Of a stretch of DNA of 64,000 bases, positions 1 through 8,603 are shown one piece after another. Each line of letters opens with the position of its first letter. Position 1 is the stretch's first letter. A program made the translations under genes and the position numbers. The notes below the pieces were generated by a model. It had not been told where the DNA came from. It searched no databases and saw nothing but the letters and a program-made list of their open reading frames with translations. This DNA is from Longimicrobiales bacterium (GTDB lineage Bacteria; Gemmatimonadota; Gemmatimonadetes; Longimicrobiales; Gaopeijiaceae), in the NCBI GenBank assembly GCA_965248195.1, contig CBDFIQ010000002.1, forward strand, positions 167,539-231,538, read 5' to 3'.

Positions 1-697
1 GGAAGATGCGAGACTCGAAACGGAGGATGAACGCGACGCAGTCCACGCCCTGGTATGCGAGATGGGACGGATCGTAGTTGAACCCGAAGGTGTCCCGGTA
101 TCCCACGGCCTCTAGCGCCCGCTCCGCGGTGACGATGTCGAAGGCGATTTCGGTGGGGTGCACCTCCAAGGCGAAGCGCACCCCCACCTCGTCGAACACG
201 TCCAGAATGGGGTTCCACAGCTCCGCGAACTCCTGGAAACCATGCTCGATGGTCTCTGGGCTCACAGGTGGGAACGAGTATAGGAATGGCCAGATGGGAC
301 TCCCGGTGAAGCCGTTCACCACTTCGACATCCATGTTGGCAGCCGCGCGGGCGGTCCGCTTCATCTCCTCGGCCGCACGGGAACGTACGCCATCCGGATC
401 TCCGTCCCCCCAGACGTGGGGTGGGAGGATGTCCTCGTGGCGGTCGTCCACCACGTCCGCCACGGCCTGGCCCACGAGGTGGTTGCTGATGGCCCACACT
501 CCGAGCCCGTGCGCTTCGAGCAGCAGCAGCCGCTCTTGGCAGTAGTCCGGGTCCTCCGCTCCTTGTGTCACGTCGAAGTGGTCACCCCAGCACGCCAACT
601 CGAGCCCGTCGTATCCCCAGTCGGCCGCCTTGGGGCAGAGCTCCTCCAAGGGAAGATCGGCCCACTGTCCGGTGAAAAGTGTTACCGGTCGCGTCAT
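1..697 (-). CDS. Sugar phosphate isomerase/epimerase (xylose-isomerase-like TIM barrel), partial; C-terminus lies outside the window
   Basis: Manual minus-strand translation from ATG at 697 gives [43 protein letters not shown]...[14 protein letters not shown]...[12 protein letters not shown]. The frame stays open to the window edge, so it is absent from the ORF track (no stop in window). Confidence 0.75.
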   Translation of the reverse strand, partial: MTRPVTLFTGQWADLPLEELCPKAADWGYDGLELACWGDHFDVTQGAEDPDYCQERLLLLEAHGLGVWAISNHLVGQAVADVVDDRHEDILPPHVWGDGDPDGVRSRAAEEMKRTARAAANMDVEVVNGFTGSPIWPFLYSFPPVSPETIEHGFQEFAELWNPILDVFDEVGVRFALEVHPTEIAFDIVTAERALEAVGYRDTFGFNYDPSHLAYQGVDCVAFILRFESRIF

Positions 698-719
698 GGG
701 GCGCCCCAAGCTCGCATGG

Positions 720-1904
720 TCAAACCGCCGAGGCCGCAGCTTCGGCCGGGGGCTCGTATGACGCGGAGACCCGTCCGCCCCGGCGACCGCTTTCCACCGC
801 CGTTTCGATGAAGTGGACGCCTCGGGCGCCGTCCTGCACGGTGGGGAAGTCGCCGTCGAATGGACAGGGGTCCGCAGTCCCCTTCCTGACCTGAACGGTG
901 CGGGCGACGTTCCGGTAGAGATTCGCGAACGCCTCGATGAAACCCTCCGGATGTCCGGCGGGGAGTCGAGTGTGCGCCTGGGTCCGTGCCGAAAGGTCCG
1001 AGCCCCCGACGTGGAGCAGCCGTTCGGATCCGTCCGCCGCCATCAGCCGGAGGCGGTCCGGAATCTCCTGGTTCCAATCCAGCCCTCCCTCGGTCCCGTA
1101 GACCCGAAGGCGGAGGTGGTTGCGCTCGCCCACCGAGATCTGAGAAGCGAGCAGAACGCCTCTCGCACCGCCCTCGAAGTGGAGGAGCACCGCGGCATCG
1201 TCTTCGAGGGCCCGGCCCGGTACCAGGGTCCCGAGGTCGGCAAACAGGCTCTCGACCTCCAGGCCCGTGACATATCGGGTCAGGTTGTGGGCGTGGGATC
1301 CGATGTCTCCCAAAGCCGAAGAGATGCCTGCCCGGTTGGGGTCCGTCCGCCACTCGGCCTGCTTGTGCCCGTCCGCTTCCAGTAGGGTGGCGAGCCAGCC
1401 CTGCGAATACTCGACGACCACCTTGCGAACCGGCCCCAGGGAGCCGGAGCGCACCCGCTCTCGGGCCTCCTTGACCATCGGGTAACCCGTGTAGTTGTGC
1501 GTCACGGCGAAGATACGATCCCCTTCAGCAGCCATCCGGCACAGGGTCTCGGCATCCTCCAGGGTGGTTGTGAGGGGCTTGTCGCACGCCACATGGAAGC
1601 CCGCCTCGAGAAACAAGCGAGCCACCGGAAAGTGGAGGTGGTTAGGGGTCACGATCGACACGATTTCGATACGCTCGTCGGGCGTGAGGGCCGCCTCGGC
1701 ACGCACCATCTCCTCGTACGAGGCGTACGTCCGCGTGGGATCGAGTCCGAGTTCCTCCCCTGTTTGCCGTGAGCGCTCCCCATCCGACGAGAACGCACCT
1801 GCCGCCAACGTGAACTGGCCGTCTAGGGCCGCGGCCATCCGGTGGACGGGCCCGATGAACGCGTCAGGACCGCCGCCCACCATGCCGTAGCGGACGGCCG
1901 TCAA
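720..1904 (-). CDS. Gfo/Idh/MocA family NAD(P)-dependent oxidoreductase
   Basis: ORF 720..1973. It has a Rossmann N-terminus ([15 protein letters not shown]) and an [12 protein letters not shown] motif. I prefer the in-frame TTG at 1904 ([12 protein letters not shown]), which removes the overlap with the MFS gene end. The start is uncertain (1973, 1904 or 1883). Confidence 0.85.
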   Translation of the reverse strand: MTAVRYGMVGGGPDAFIGPVHRMAAALDGQFTLAAGAFSSDGERSRQTGEELGLDPTRTYASYEEMVRAEAALTPDERIEIVSIVTPNHLHFPVARLFLEAGFHVACDKPLTTTLEDAETLCRMAAEGDRIFAVTHNYTGYPMVKEARERVRSGSLGPVRKVVVEYSQGWLATLLEADGHKQAEWRTDPNRAGISSALGDIGSHAHNLTRYVTGLEVESLFADLGTLVPGRALEDDAAVLLHFEGGARGVLLASQISVGERNHLRLRVYGTEGGLDWNQEIPDRLRLMAADGSERLLHVGGSDLSARTQAHTRLPAGHPEGFIEAFANLYRNVARTVQVRKGTADPCPFDGDFPTVQDGARGVHFIETAVESGRRGGRVSASYEPPAEAAASAV

Positions 1905-1935
1905 CGCACGATCCGCTGTACTTCTCGCACAGCCT

Positions 1936-3477
1936 TTAGGCCTCGATCCGTTCGACGACATATCCGCCGTCACGGCGGTCCCGCATGTACAGCGTGCCGA
2001 AGATCAACATGAGCACACCGCACAAGGGCACCACGTACCGGAACGATATGAGCCCACCATAGTTGTCCGCCGGCCCGAGCACAGATTGGGCCTCGGCCAC
2101 CAGCTCCGGAGACGCGTCGGAGGCGATGATGGCGCGAAGCGCGTTCGCGGTGGCGGGCTGGGGTAACGATCCAGTATTCCCGTAGTCCGCCACCAGATCT
2201 CCGGCTGCTTGGGCCGCCGCTCGGGCGTCGATGTCGTCAACCCCACCCAACGTGGTGGTGCTCGATTCCAGGAGAGCCACCGTGGCCGCGACGGGAAGCC
2301 GCTCGTGGGCGTACCGGTCCGCGATCTGTCCCATCATGGGTGAAGTGACCAGTCCGACCGTGGCCATCCCGACCGTCCCCATGAGGCCCAGTCCCAGGGC
2401 GCCGCTCTTGGGCACCCGCTCCGAGACCACCCCCAGCATGGTGGGCCAGAAATAGCAGACCCCCACGGCGAAGACAGTGGCGGAGCCGAAGGTCGCCCAG
2501 CCGGCCCCGCCGAGGCTCAGGCCCAACAGGCCCACCCCCGACAGGGCGGCGGAAGCGAGAAGGACGCCGGTGGGGGAGAGTTGCTTCACCACGGGACCAG
2601 CGCGGTAGCGAAGCACAGCCATGAGGCCGTTGATCCACACGAGCACGAGGATCCCCGCCATGCCCCCCGCCTCCAACACGGCCGGGACCCAGCGATTGGG
2701 TCCCAGCTCCACCGAGGCGGTCATGGCCATGGCCACCAGCATCACCCACATGAGGGGCGTGTTGAAGGACGCCTTGAACATCTCGCCGACGCTGACCCCC
2801 GCCCGCACCCCCTCCGTAGCCGGAAACGGTTGGGTGAGCAGGAGCCATCCGTACGCCAGCGTCGGGACCAGGATGAGGCCCAGCTTGAGCTGCCAGGCCC
2901 CGATTCCTACAGCGTCCAGGCCGAAGCTGGCCAACCCGCCGAGAACCACTCCCCCGGGAAACCACACGTGGAATTGGTTGAGCTTGACCGTCTTGTTCTC
3001 GGGATAAAGGCTCGCCACCAGCGGATTACACGCCGCTTCGACGAGGCCGTTGGCCATGGCGATGACCAGCGCCCCAGTGAAGAGCGTCCAGAAGCCGCCG
3101 GCCCCGATCATGATCAGGGTGCCCGCTAGGTGTCCCAGGAACGAGAGCCGGAGCAGGAAGCGCATCCCCAGCGTATCGCACAGGGGCGCAAAGACGAGTT
3201 GCGACACCGCGAATCCCCAGAGGGCCGCGCCGCCGATCCACCCCACCTCCTGGTTGGTCAGCACGAACTCCCTCTTGAGAGCGAGCATGATGGCGCCCAC
3301 GGTGGCGAAGGCCACCGACGTGGCGATGAGAGCCACGCAGCTCCCGAAGAAGAGCCGCCCGTCGTGAACGGAGGGAGCGTCGGTGCCGGAAGGAGGGTCG
3401 GCGCCGGAGGGAGCGTCGGTAACGGAAGGAGAGCCGGTGCCGGAAGGAGAGCCGGTGCCCGAGGGGGAGTCGGTCAT
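1936..3477 (-). CDS. MFS transporter with a repetitive Pro/Ser/Gly/Thr N-terminal tail and an extended C-terminal region
   Basis: ORF 1936..3528 is polytopic and hydrophobic throughout. ATG at 3477 (MTDSPSGTGSPS...) sits 2 nt after the stop of the upstream gene. Confidence 0.8.
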   Translation of the reverse strand: MTDSPSGTGSPSGTGSPSVTDAPSGADPPSGTDAPSVHDGRLFFGSCVALIATSVAFATVGAIMLALKREFVLTNQEVGWIGGAALWGFAVSQLVFAPLCDTLGMRFLLRLSFLGHLAGTLIMIGAGGFWTLFTGALVIAMANGLVEAACNPLVASLYPENKTVKLNQFHVWFPGGVVLGGLASFGLDAVGIGAWQLKLGLILVPTLAYGWLLLTQPFPATEGVRAGVSVGEMFKASFNTPLMWVMLVAMAMTASVELGPNRWVPAVLEAGGMAGILVLVWINGLMAVLRYRAGPVVKQLSPTGVLLASAALSGVGLLGLSLGGAGWATFGSATVFAVGVCYFWPTMLGVVSERVPKSGALGLGLMGTVGMATVGLVTSPMMGQIADRYAHERLPVAATVALLESSTTTLGGVDDIDARAAAQAAGDLVADYGNTGSLPQPATANALRAIIASDASPELVAEAQSVLGPADNYGGLISFRYVVPLCGVLMLIFGTLYMRDRRDGGYVVERIEA

Positions 3478-3478
3478 G
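3371..3478. repeat. Six tandem 18-bp units encoding hexapeptide repeats at the MFS N-terminus
   Basis: The units are gagggagcgtcggtgccg / gaaggagggtcggcgccg / gagggagcgtcggtaacg / gaaggagagccggtgccg / gaaggagagccggtgccc / gagggggagtcggtcatg. Units 4 and 5 differ at 1 nt. On the minus strand they encode MTDSPS GTGSPS GTGSPS VTDAPS GADPPS GTDAPS. Confidence 0.9.
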
Positions 3479-3479
3479 A

Positions 3480-4193
3480 TCAAGCGAGTCCCAGAAACTC
3501 GAGGACCTCGGGAGGCGGTGGATCCCACCGCTCCAGCGGTACGTTGCCGATGTATTGGAGGTCCTGCATCCCCTCGTCGGTGGTCCAGAAAGCGCCGGCC
3601 GTGAGGTCACGGACGCGGGCGAAAAAGCGAGCGCCCGACTCAAATCTGGGCGCCGCGTCCGGTACGTGGGAGATGTCGGCGCAGACTTCGTCCTTGCGCT
3701 GGAGACTCAGATCCCGGAAGCGTGTGCCTCGGCCGAAGCGGCGGCCCGCCTCCCCGTCGAGCCACACGAGTCCTTCCCGGATGAGAATCCGGTCTCGGCC
3801 CATGGGCTCGTAAGGGGCGCTCACCCACTCGTCGATGTAGTGGTGAGTACCCAACTCGCTGGCCGAAGGGGAGCGCTCGTCGGCCGGAAGGATCACGTCG
3901 CAGAGAGAAGCGAGCGTTTCCAGCTCATCCTGAGTGAGAACGCGCTCCCAGGGGATGACCGGCGACAGGAGATCCGGGTCCCACAGCGTACCGGCGGGGA
4001 GGGCGTTGCGGATCAGAGCCGACCCATCGGCCCCCTCTTCCGCCCCGGTCCCGCATGACGCCAGACCGGGGGTCGCCGCTGCCACCGCCATGACCTTCAG
4101 GGCCATCCGCCGGTTCATGGGGAGGAGCACGGGGAGGGATTGCCCGCTGGTCTCACGCCGTTCCTCGCTCATCCGCGGCTCGTCCTTGCTCAT
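3480..4193 (-). CDS. Gluconate 2-dehydrogenase subunit 3 family protein (TAT-signal small subunit of a GMC dehydrogenase)
   Basis: ORF 3480..4193. It has a twin-arginine-like signal (MNRRMALKVMAVAAATPGLASC) and lies directly downstream of the GMC flavoprotein gene. Confidence 0.75.
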   Translation of the reverse strand: MSKDEPRMSEERRETSGQSLPVLLPMNRRMALKVMAVAAATPGLASCGTGAEEGADGSALIRNALPAGTLWDPDLLSPVIPWERVLTQDELETLASLCDVILPADERSPSASELGTHHYIDEWVSAPYEPMGRDRILIREGLVWLDGEAGRRFGRGTRFRDLSLQRKDEVCADISHVPDAAPRFESGARFFARVRDLTAGAFWTTDEGMQDLQYIGNVPLERWDPPPPEVLEFLGLA

Positions 4194-4209
4194 CCGTTGC
4201 TCTCCCTCT

Positions 4210-5991
4210 TCATCCGATGCTCCCGCGCTGGAGCTCGTCCACCAGATAATCCGTCGCGCGCCACGCGACGGACATGATGCTCAAGGTGGGGTTCTTGTCT
4301 GCGTTGGACAGGAAACATCCGCCATCGGTCACGAAGAGGTTATCCACCTCCCACGACTGGCAGAATGAGTTGAGCACGGATCTCGACGGGTCGTCGCCCA
4401 TGCACACGCCCCCCACTTCGTGAATGATCTCACCGGGCGGGGCGATGGCGTCGGCGCCGTCGTCGTGGATGGTACTGAGTACCCGACCGCCCATGGACTC
4501 GATGATCTCGGCGAACGTGTGCTCCATGTGCCGGGCCTGGTTCAGCTCGTGGTCCGACCACTTCCAGTGGAAACGAAGGACCGGGATGCCCCACTGATCC
4601 ACAGTGTCCGGATCGAGCTCACAATAGCAGTCCTCGTTCGGAATCATCTCCCCCCGTCCGCTGAAGCCGACGAACGACCCGTAGTAGCGGCGGCAGTCCT
4701 CCTTGAACGCCTGTCCGTAGGATCCCTCCGTGAAGCGTTCCAGCCGATTGAAGGTGCCGCCGCCCGGCATGCGCCGTCCGCCTCCCAACTCGATGTGATA
4801 ACCCCTCGCGAAGTCCAGACGACCCCGGGCCTGCTCCCCGTATAACCACCACGGCACATACATATGCATGGCAGAGGCGCCGTCGGTGTTGTGGGGCGGC
4901 ATGTTCTCCAACGCAGGGATCTGGCCCTGCACCCCGGCGCCCACCGTGTCCATGATGTATTTCCCCACCAGTCCGCTTCCGTTGGCCAGGCCGTCTGGAA
5001 ACAGGTTGCTCTTGGAGTTGAGGAGGATCCGAGCGGACGAGAGGGCGCTCGCGGCGAGGACCACAACTCGCGCGCTAACGTGTTCGTCGAGGCGGGTGTG
5101 CTTGTCGATGTAGTGGACCCCCGTGGCCCTTCCCCGCGCGTCGACCGTCACCTCACGCACCATGGCGTCGGTGATGAGATCCACATTGCCCGTGGCCAGG
5201 GCCGGTGGGATCAGGACCGTGGGGGACTGGAAATTCGCCTTGATGGAGCAACCCCGGCCGCACGGCGTGGCCCAGAAGCAGGCCGCCCGCGAGCGCATGG
5301 ACTCGCTGAGCACGCGCTGGGCCAGCGGGTTGTTCGGATGGATGAGTCCCGGAAGCGTCTCGTGGTCCTGCACCTCGGACAGAATGGCGATGTGGGCCGG
5401 GATCACTGGAATTCCCAGTTCCGCACAGGCGCGCTGTTCAAACAGTTCGTGGGCGCGCGGGGCAGGCGGAGCCTGGAGGACCCCAGGGGACGAATCGGGC
5501 GTGTTCTCGAGCCCCTCGTTGGACCCGTACACGCCGATGAGCCTCTCGGTCTTGTCGTAGTATGGGGCCATGTCCTCGTACGACATGGGCCAGTCGAAGC
5601 CCAGACCATCCCGTGAGAAGGGCTTGTAGTCGTACGGCCCCATGCGGAGCGAGATGCGGCCCCAATGGTTGGTGCGACCACCCAGCATGCGGGCCCTCCA
5701 CCAGCGGAAGTTGGTGCCCTCGCCTGATGTGTACGGCTCGCCGGGGACCTGCCAGCCGCCATCGACCGTGGCGTCATAGAAGCCGAAGGGCTTCTCGGGC
5801 GTCCCGGCTCCCCGGAGCGGTGCGTCCTTGGGGAGGTTGAACATGGGGGTCTCGGCAACCGGGTCGTAGTTCCTCCCCGCTTCGAGCAAGAGGACCTTCA
5901 CTCCGGCCACGGCGAGGAGATAGGCACACATGCCACCAGCGGCGCCCGAGCCCACTACGATGACGTCGTATTCCTGCTGGGCTTGGCTCAC
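4210..5991 (-). CDS. GMC family FAD-dependent oxidoreductase
   Basis: ORF 4210..5991. The N-terminus carries the FAD fold motif YDVIVVGSGAAGG. The GTG start overlaps the stop of the upstream DUF1080 gene (GTGA). Confidence 0.9.
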   Translation of the reverse strand: MSQAQQEYDVIVVGSGAAGGMCAYLLAVAGVKVLLLEAGRNYDPVAETPMFNLPKDAPLRGAGTPEKPFGFYDATVDGGWQVPGEPYTSGEGTNFRWWRARMLGGRTNHWGRISLRMGPYDYKPFSRDGLGFDWPMSYEDMAPYYDKTERLIGVYGSNEGLENTPDSSPGVLQAPPAPRAHELFEQRACAELGIPVIPAHIAILSEVQDHETLPGLIHPNNPLAQRVLSESMRSRAACFWATPCGRGCSIKANFQSPTVLIPPALATGNVDLITDAMVREVTVDARGRATGVHYIDKHTRLDEHVSARVVVLAASALSSARILLNSKSNLFPDGLANGSGLVGKYIMDTVGAGVQGQIPALENMPPHNTDGASAMHMYVPWWLYGEQARGRLDFARGYHIELGGGRRMPGGGTFNRLERFTEGSYGQAFKEDCRRYYGSFVGFSGRGEMIPNEDCYCELDPDTVDQWGIPVLRFHWKWSDHELNQARHMEHTFAEIIESMGGRVLSTIHDDGADAIAPPGEIIHEVGGVCMGDDPSRSVLNSFCQSWEVDNLFVTDGGCFLSNADKNPTLSIMSVAWRATDYLVDELQRGSIG

Positions 5992-6821
5992 GGCAGCCGC
6001 CGAATCTTGATGTTCCGGAAGGCGGCTCTATCTCCGTGATCTTGCAGCCCGATGTGGCCTCTGGACGCCTGTCCGTATTCAGGCCACTCGTTGAACTTGC
6101 TACCGGCGACGCGCTCCAACCAGTCGGCGCTGCCGAGCTCGTATTCCACGGTACGGACGCCGTTCAACCAGTGCTCCACGTGGTCGCCGTTCACGAGAAT
6201 GCGCACGGAGTTCCACTCCCCGACGGGCCGCGCCAGGCCCCGGGGAGCTGGATGGAGTCCGAAGTTGGACCCCACCGACGTGAGGGCCGACTGACCGTCG
6301 GGGTGGTTGTTGTCGTCGAGGATCTGCATCTCGGGCGCGCCCATGTAGATTTGCTCGGAGCCTTCCACGGCATGGAAGAAAATGCCACTGTTCCCGCCGA
6401 GCTCCACCTTCCACTCCAGCGTCAGGTCGAAGTTCTCGAACTGCTCCTTGGTGATGACGTCCCGCCCCGGTCCAACAAGGGTGAGCTCTCCGTCCAGGAC
6501 CCGCCACCCGTCGGGCACTCCGCTCATCATGTAGCCGCGCCACCCTTCCGTGCTGTGCCCGTCGAAGAGGAGCTCCCAGCCCGCCTCGCGCTCGGCGTCC
6601 GTCAGTGCGTTGATGGGCCGCTCGAGCAGCGGCGTCTGTTGTGCCCCGGCCGATCCCGAGAGTAGGAGCGGCCCGCATCCCAGCACCGCGACGCCAACAG
6701 CCGGGAGCAGGCAAGCGACCAAGCGTGCTCGTGCAGAGTCGCGTCGGGTCCAGTCTTGCGGGGCCGATGCAGGCCGAGCCCGGGATCCGGTAGTCTTCGT
6801 GGCCCCGGTCACATCGACCAT
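5988..6821 (-). CDS. DUF1080 (3-keto-disaccharide hydrolase-like) secreted protein
   Basis: This is the C-terminal 277 aa of ORF 5988..7220. It includes [33 protein letters not shown] and [23 protein letters not shown] at 6821 is followed by a signal-like [13 protein letters not shown]. The upstream part of the ORF is non-coding read-through. Confidence 0.8.
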   Translation of the reverse strand: MVDVTGATKTTGSRARPASAPQDWTRRDSARARLVACLLPAVGVAVLGCGPLLLSGSAGAQQTPLLERPINALTDAEREAGWELLFDGHSTEGWRGYMMSGVPDGWRVLDGELTLVGPGRDVITKEQFENFDLTLEWKVELGGNSGIFFHAVEGSEQIYMGAPEMQILDDNNHPDGQSALTSVGSNFGLHPAPRGLARPVGEWNSVRILVNGDHVEHWLNGVRTVEYELGSADWLERVAGSKFNEWPEYGQASRGHIGLQDHGDRAAFRNIKIRRLP

Positions 6822-7470
6822 CCGGGCCGGTACTCGCGCGTCAGGTACTGATTGGCTTCCTCGACGTTGGTCACACGCATGTTCCCTCCATCGTAATGGA
6901 TTTTCCGTCCCTGACCCGTACGCAGCGCCACGATCCCGAGGAGCATCACTTCGGTGAGTCGGGCCGCATAGTCGAAGGGCGTCGTCGCCGTCGCCTGCCC
7001 TTTGCAAGCGAGTGCCCAGTTCATCTCGTGGCTCTCCTCGATGCGCGCGTAGGTTTGAGGTACCACCGCCGCCTCTTCCTGGAGCTCGCGGGTGTGGCGA
7101 TGAGGACGGCATCGATGTCGCTCTGCTTCTCGAGCATCTCGCGGAAGTCACTGTACCGGGCGGCAGCCGCGAATTGCTCCTGCCACCGCACGACCTTGGA
7201 GCGCTCGTTCTCATCGCCATCCGTCGGGAGCTCGGCGACCTTGCTCGTCACGTAGTCGAAGTCCACGTCACAGACCGCGACGATGTTCTCGGTTCCCAGC
7301 TCCTGAGCATTCTCGCCGCCCATCCCGCCTGCTCCGACGACGGCGATGTTGAGCGTGTCGCTCGGAGCCTGATATCCCACCCCACCCAGGACGTGTCGCG
7401 GCACGATCATGCCGCCCAACGCGAGCTTCGAAGTGCCTTGGACGAAGTCCCGGCGGGTCAGTCCGTTCAT
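6809..7470 (-). pseudogene. Gfo/Idh/MocA oxidoreductase remnant (TAT signal plus Rossmann start fused out of frame to the C-terminal ~80 aa; middle missing)
   Basis: ORF 7021..7623 contains MNGLTRRDFVQGTSKLALGG...NIAVVGAGGMGG...DAVLIATP and then loses frame. ORF 6809..7066 contains the family C-terminus ([11 protein letters not shown]...[19 protein letters not shown]...[22 protein letters not shown]). The total span is 662 nt, whereas I would expect roughly 1.3 kb. Confidence 0.75.
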
Positions 7471-7674
7471 CTTCACGGCGAGCTCTCCCTTGGAGCGGAA
7501 GTATCGTGATCTGCGCCGGAGCGCGATCGTCCCGGGACTCGCCCGACAACATACGCGGGTTCGGCCCCGCAGACACGGCACCAGCGCCCCGACCGTGCTC
7601 CTGCGCACCCGAGTGCCCCACATTTAGCCTACCGAAGTAAGCGACTATCCCCCGTCCCCGGGGTAGGATGCGCA

Positions 7675-8603
7675 ATGACCACTCACAAGCACCGAGTTAT
7701 CCCGTGGCTTGCCTATCCGGGTGCGATGGTCAGCGCCTTCCTCGTGTACGCTTTGCTCGATGCGCAGAGCGTCTCCGTCATGGTGAGCGCGTACGTTGCG
7801 GTCGTGTTCGGCGCGGCTGCGGTGACCCTGCTGGAGTTCATCATCCCGTACGATCGGGCCTGGCAACCCGATCGCGGAGACGTGAAGAACGATCTGCTCT
7901 TCATGGTGGCGGAGACGTGAAGAACGATCTGCTCTTCATGGTGATGGTTCAGATGGTGTTGCCACCGCTCCTGGGACTGCTCGCAGGTGTCAGCCTCGTC
8001 AGGTACCTCCGTGTGGAGGAGTGGCCCATCACGCTGTGGCCGCAGGACCTGCCGTTAGCCGTCCAGGTCGTGCTCATGTTGCTCGTAGCAGAATTCTTCC
8101 GTTACTGGCTCCACATCACGGCTCACAACACCAAGCTGCTGTGGCGCTTTCACGCCGTGCACCACTCCCCCCACAAGCTCTACTGGCTCAACGTGGGACG
8201 TTTTCATCCGATGGAGAAGGCGCTTCAATACATGCTGGACATGCTGCCCTTCATTCTCGTGGGAGTCACCGAGCCGGTGATCGCCCTGTACTTCGTATTC
8301 TATGCCGTTAACGGCTTCTTCCAGCACTCGAACGTCGACGCGAGATACGGAGTGTTGAACTACGTGGTGAGTGGCGCAGAGCTGCACCGCTGGCATCACT
8401 CGAAGCTCGTCGAGGAGTCCAACCGCAACTACGGCAACAACCTGATCGTGTGGGATCTGGTTTTCGGAAGCTGGTTTCTGCCCCGGGATCGCCGAGTAGG
8501 GGACTTGGGGCTGATCAACAGGAGCTATCCGCTCGATTTCGCATCCCAGATGAAGACCCCGTTCTCCTCAGGCCTGGACAAGACAGACTCCTCCGACTCA
8601 TGA
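7675..8603 (+). pseudogene. Fatty acid hydroxylase / sterol desaturase family (di-iron membrane enzyme), frame broken by a 35-bp tandem duplication
   Basis: ORF 7675..7920 is the N-terminus and ends VKNDLLFMVAET*. ORF 7668..8603 continues from GDVKNDLLFMVMVQM. His boxes HITAH, HAVHH and HRWHH are present. Removing one 35-bp copy gives an uninterrupted 297-aa protein. Confidence 0.85.
7874..7943. repeat. Perfect 2 x 35-bp tandem duplication (gcggagacgtgaagaacgatctgctcttcatggtg)
   Basis: Read directly from the sequence: copy 1 is 7874-7908 and copy 2 is 7909-7943, and they are identical. Confidence 0.95.

Noticed and set aside
5988-7220. A single 410-aa ORF spanning DUF1080 and upstream sequence.
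   Set aside because: Only the C-terminal 277 aa (from ATG 6821, with a signal peptide) look like a protein. The N-terminal 133 aa are Arg/Gly/Pro-rich read-through across the Gfo/Idh/MocA remnant, which is encoded in other frames.
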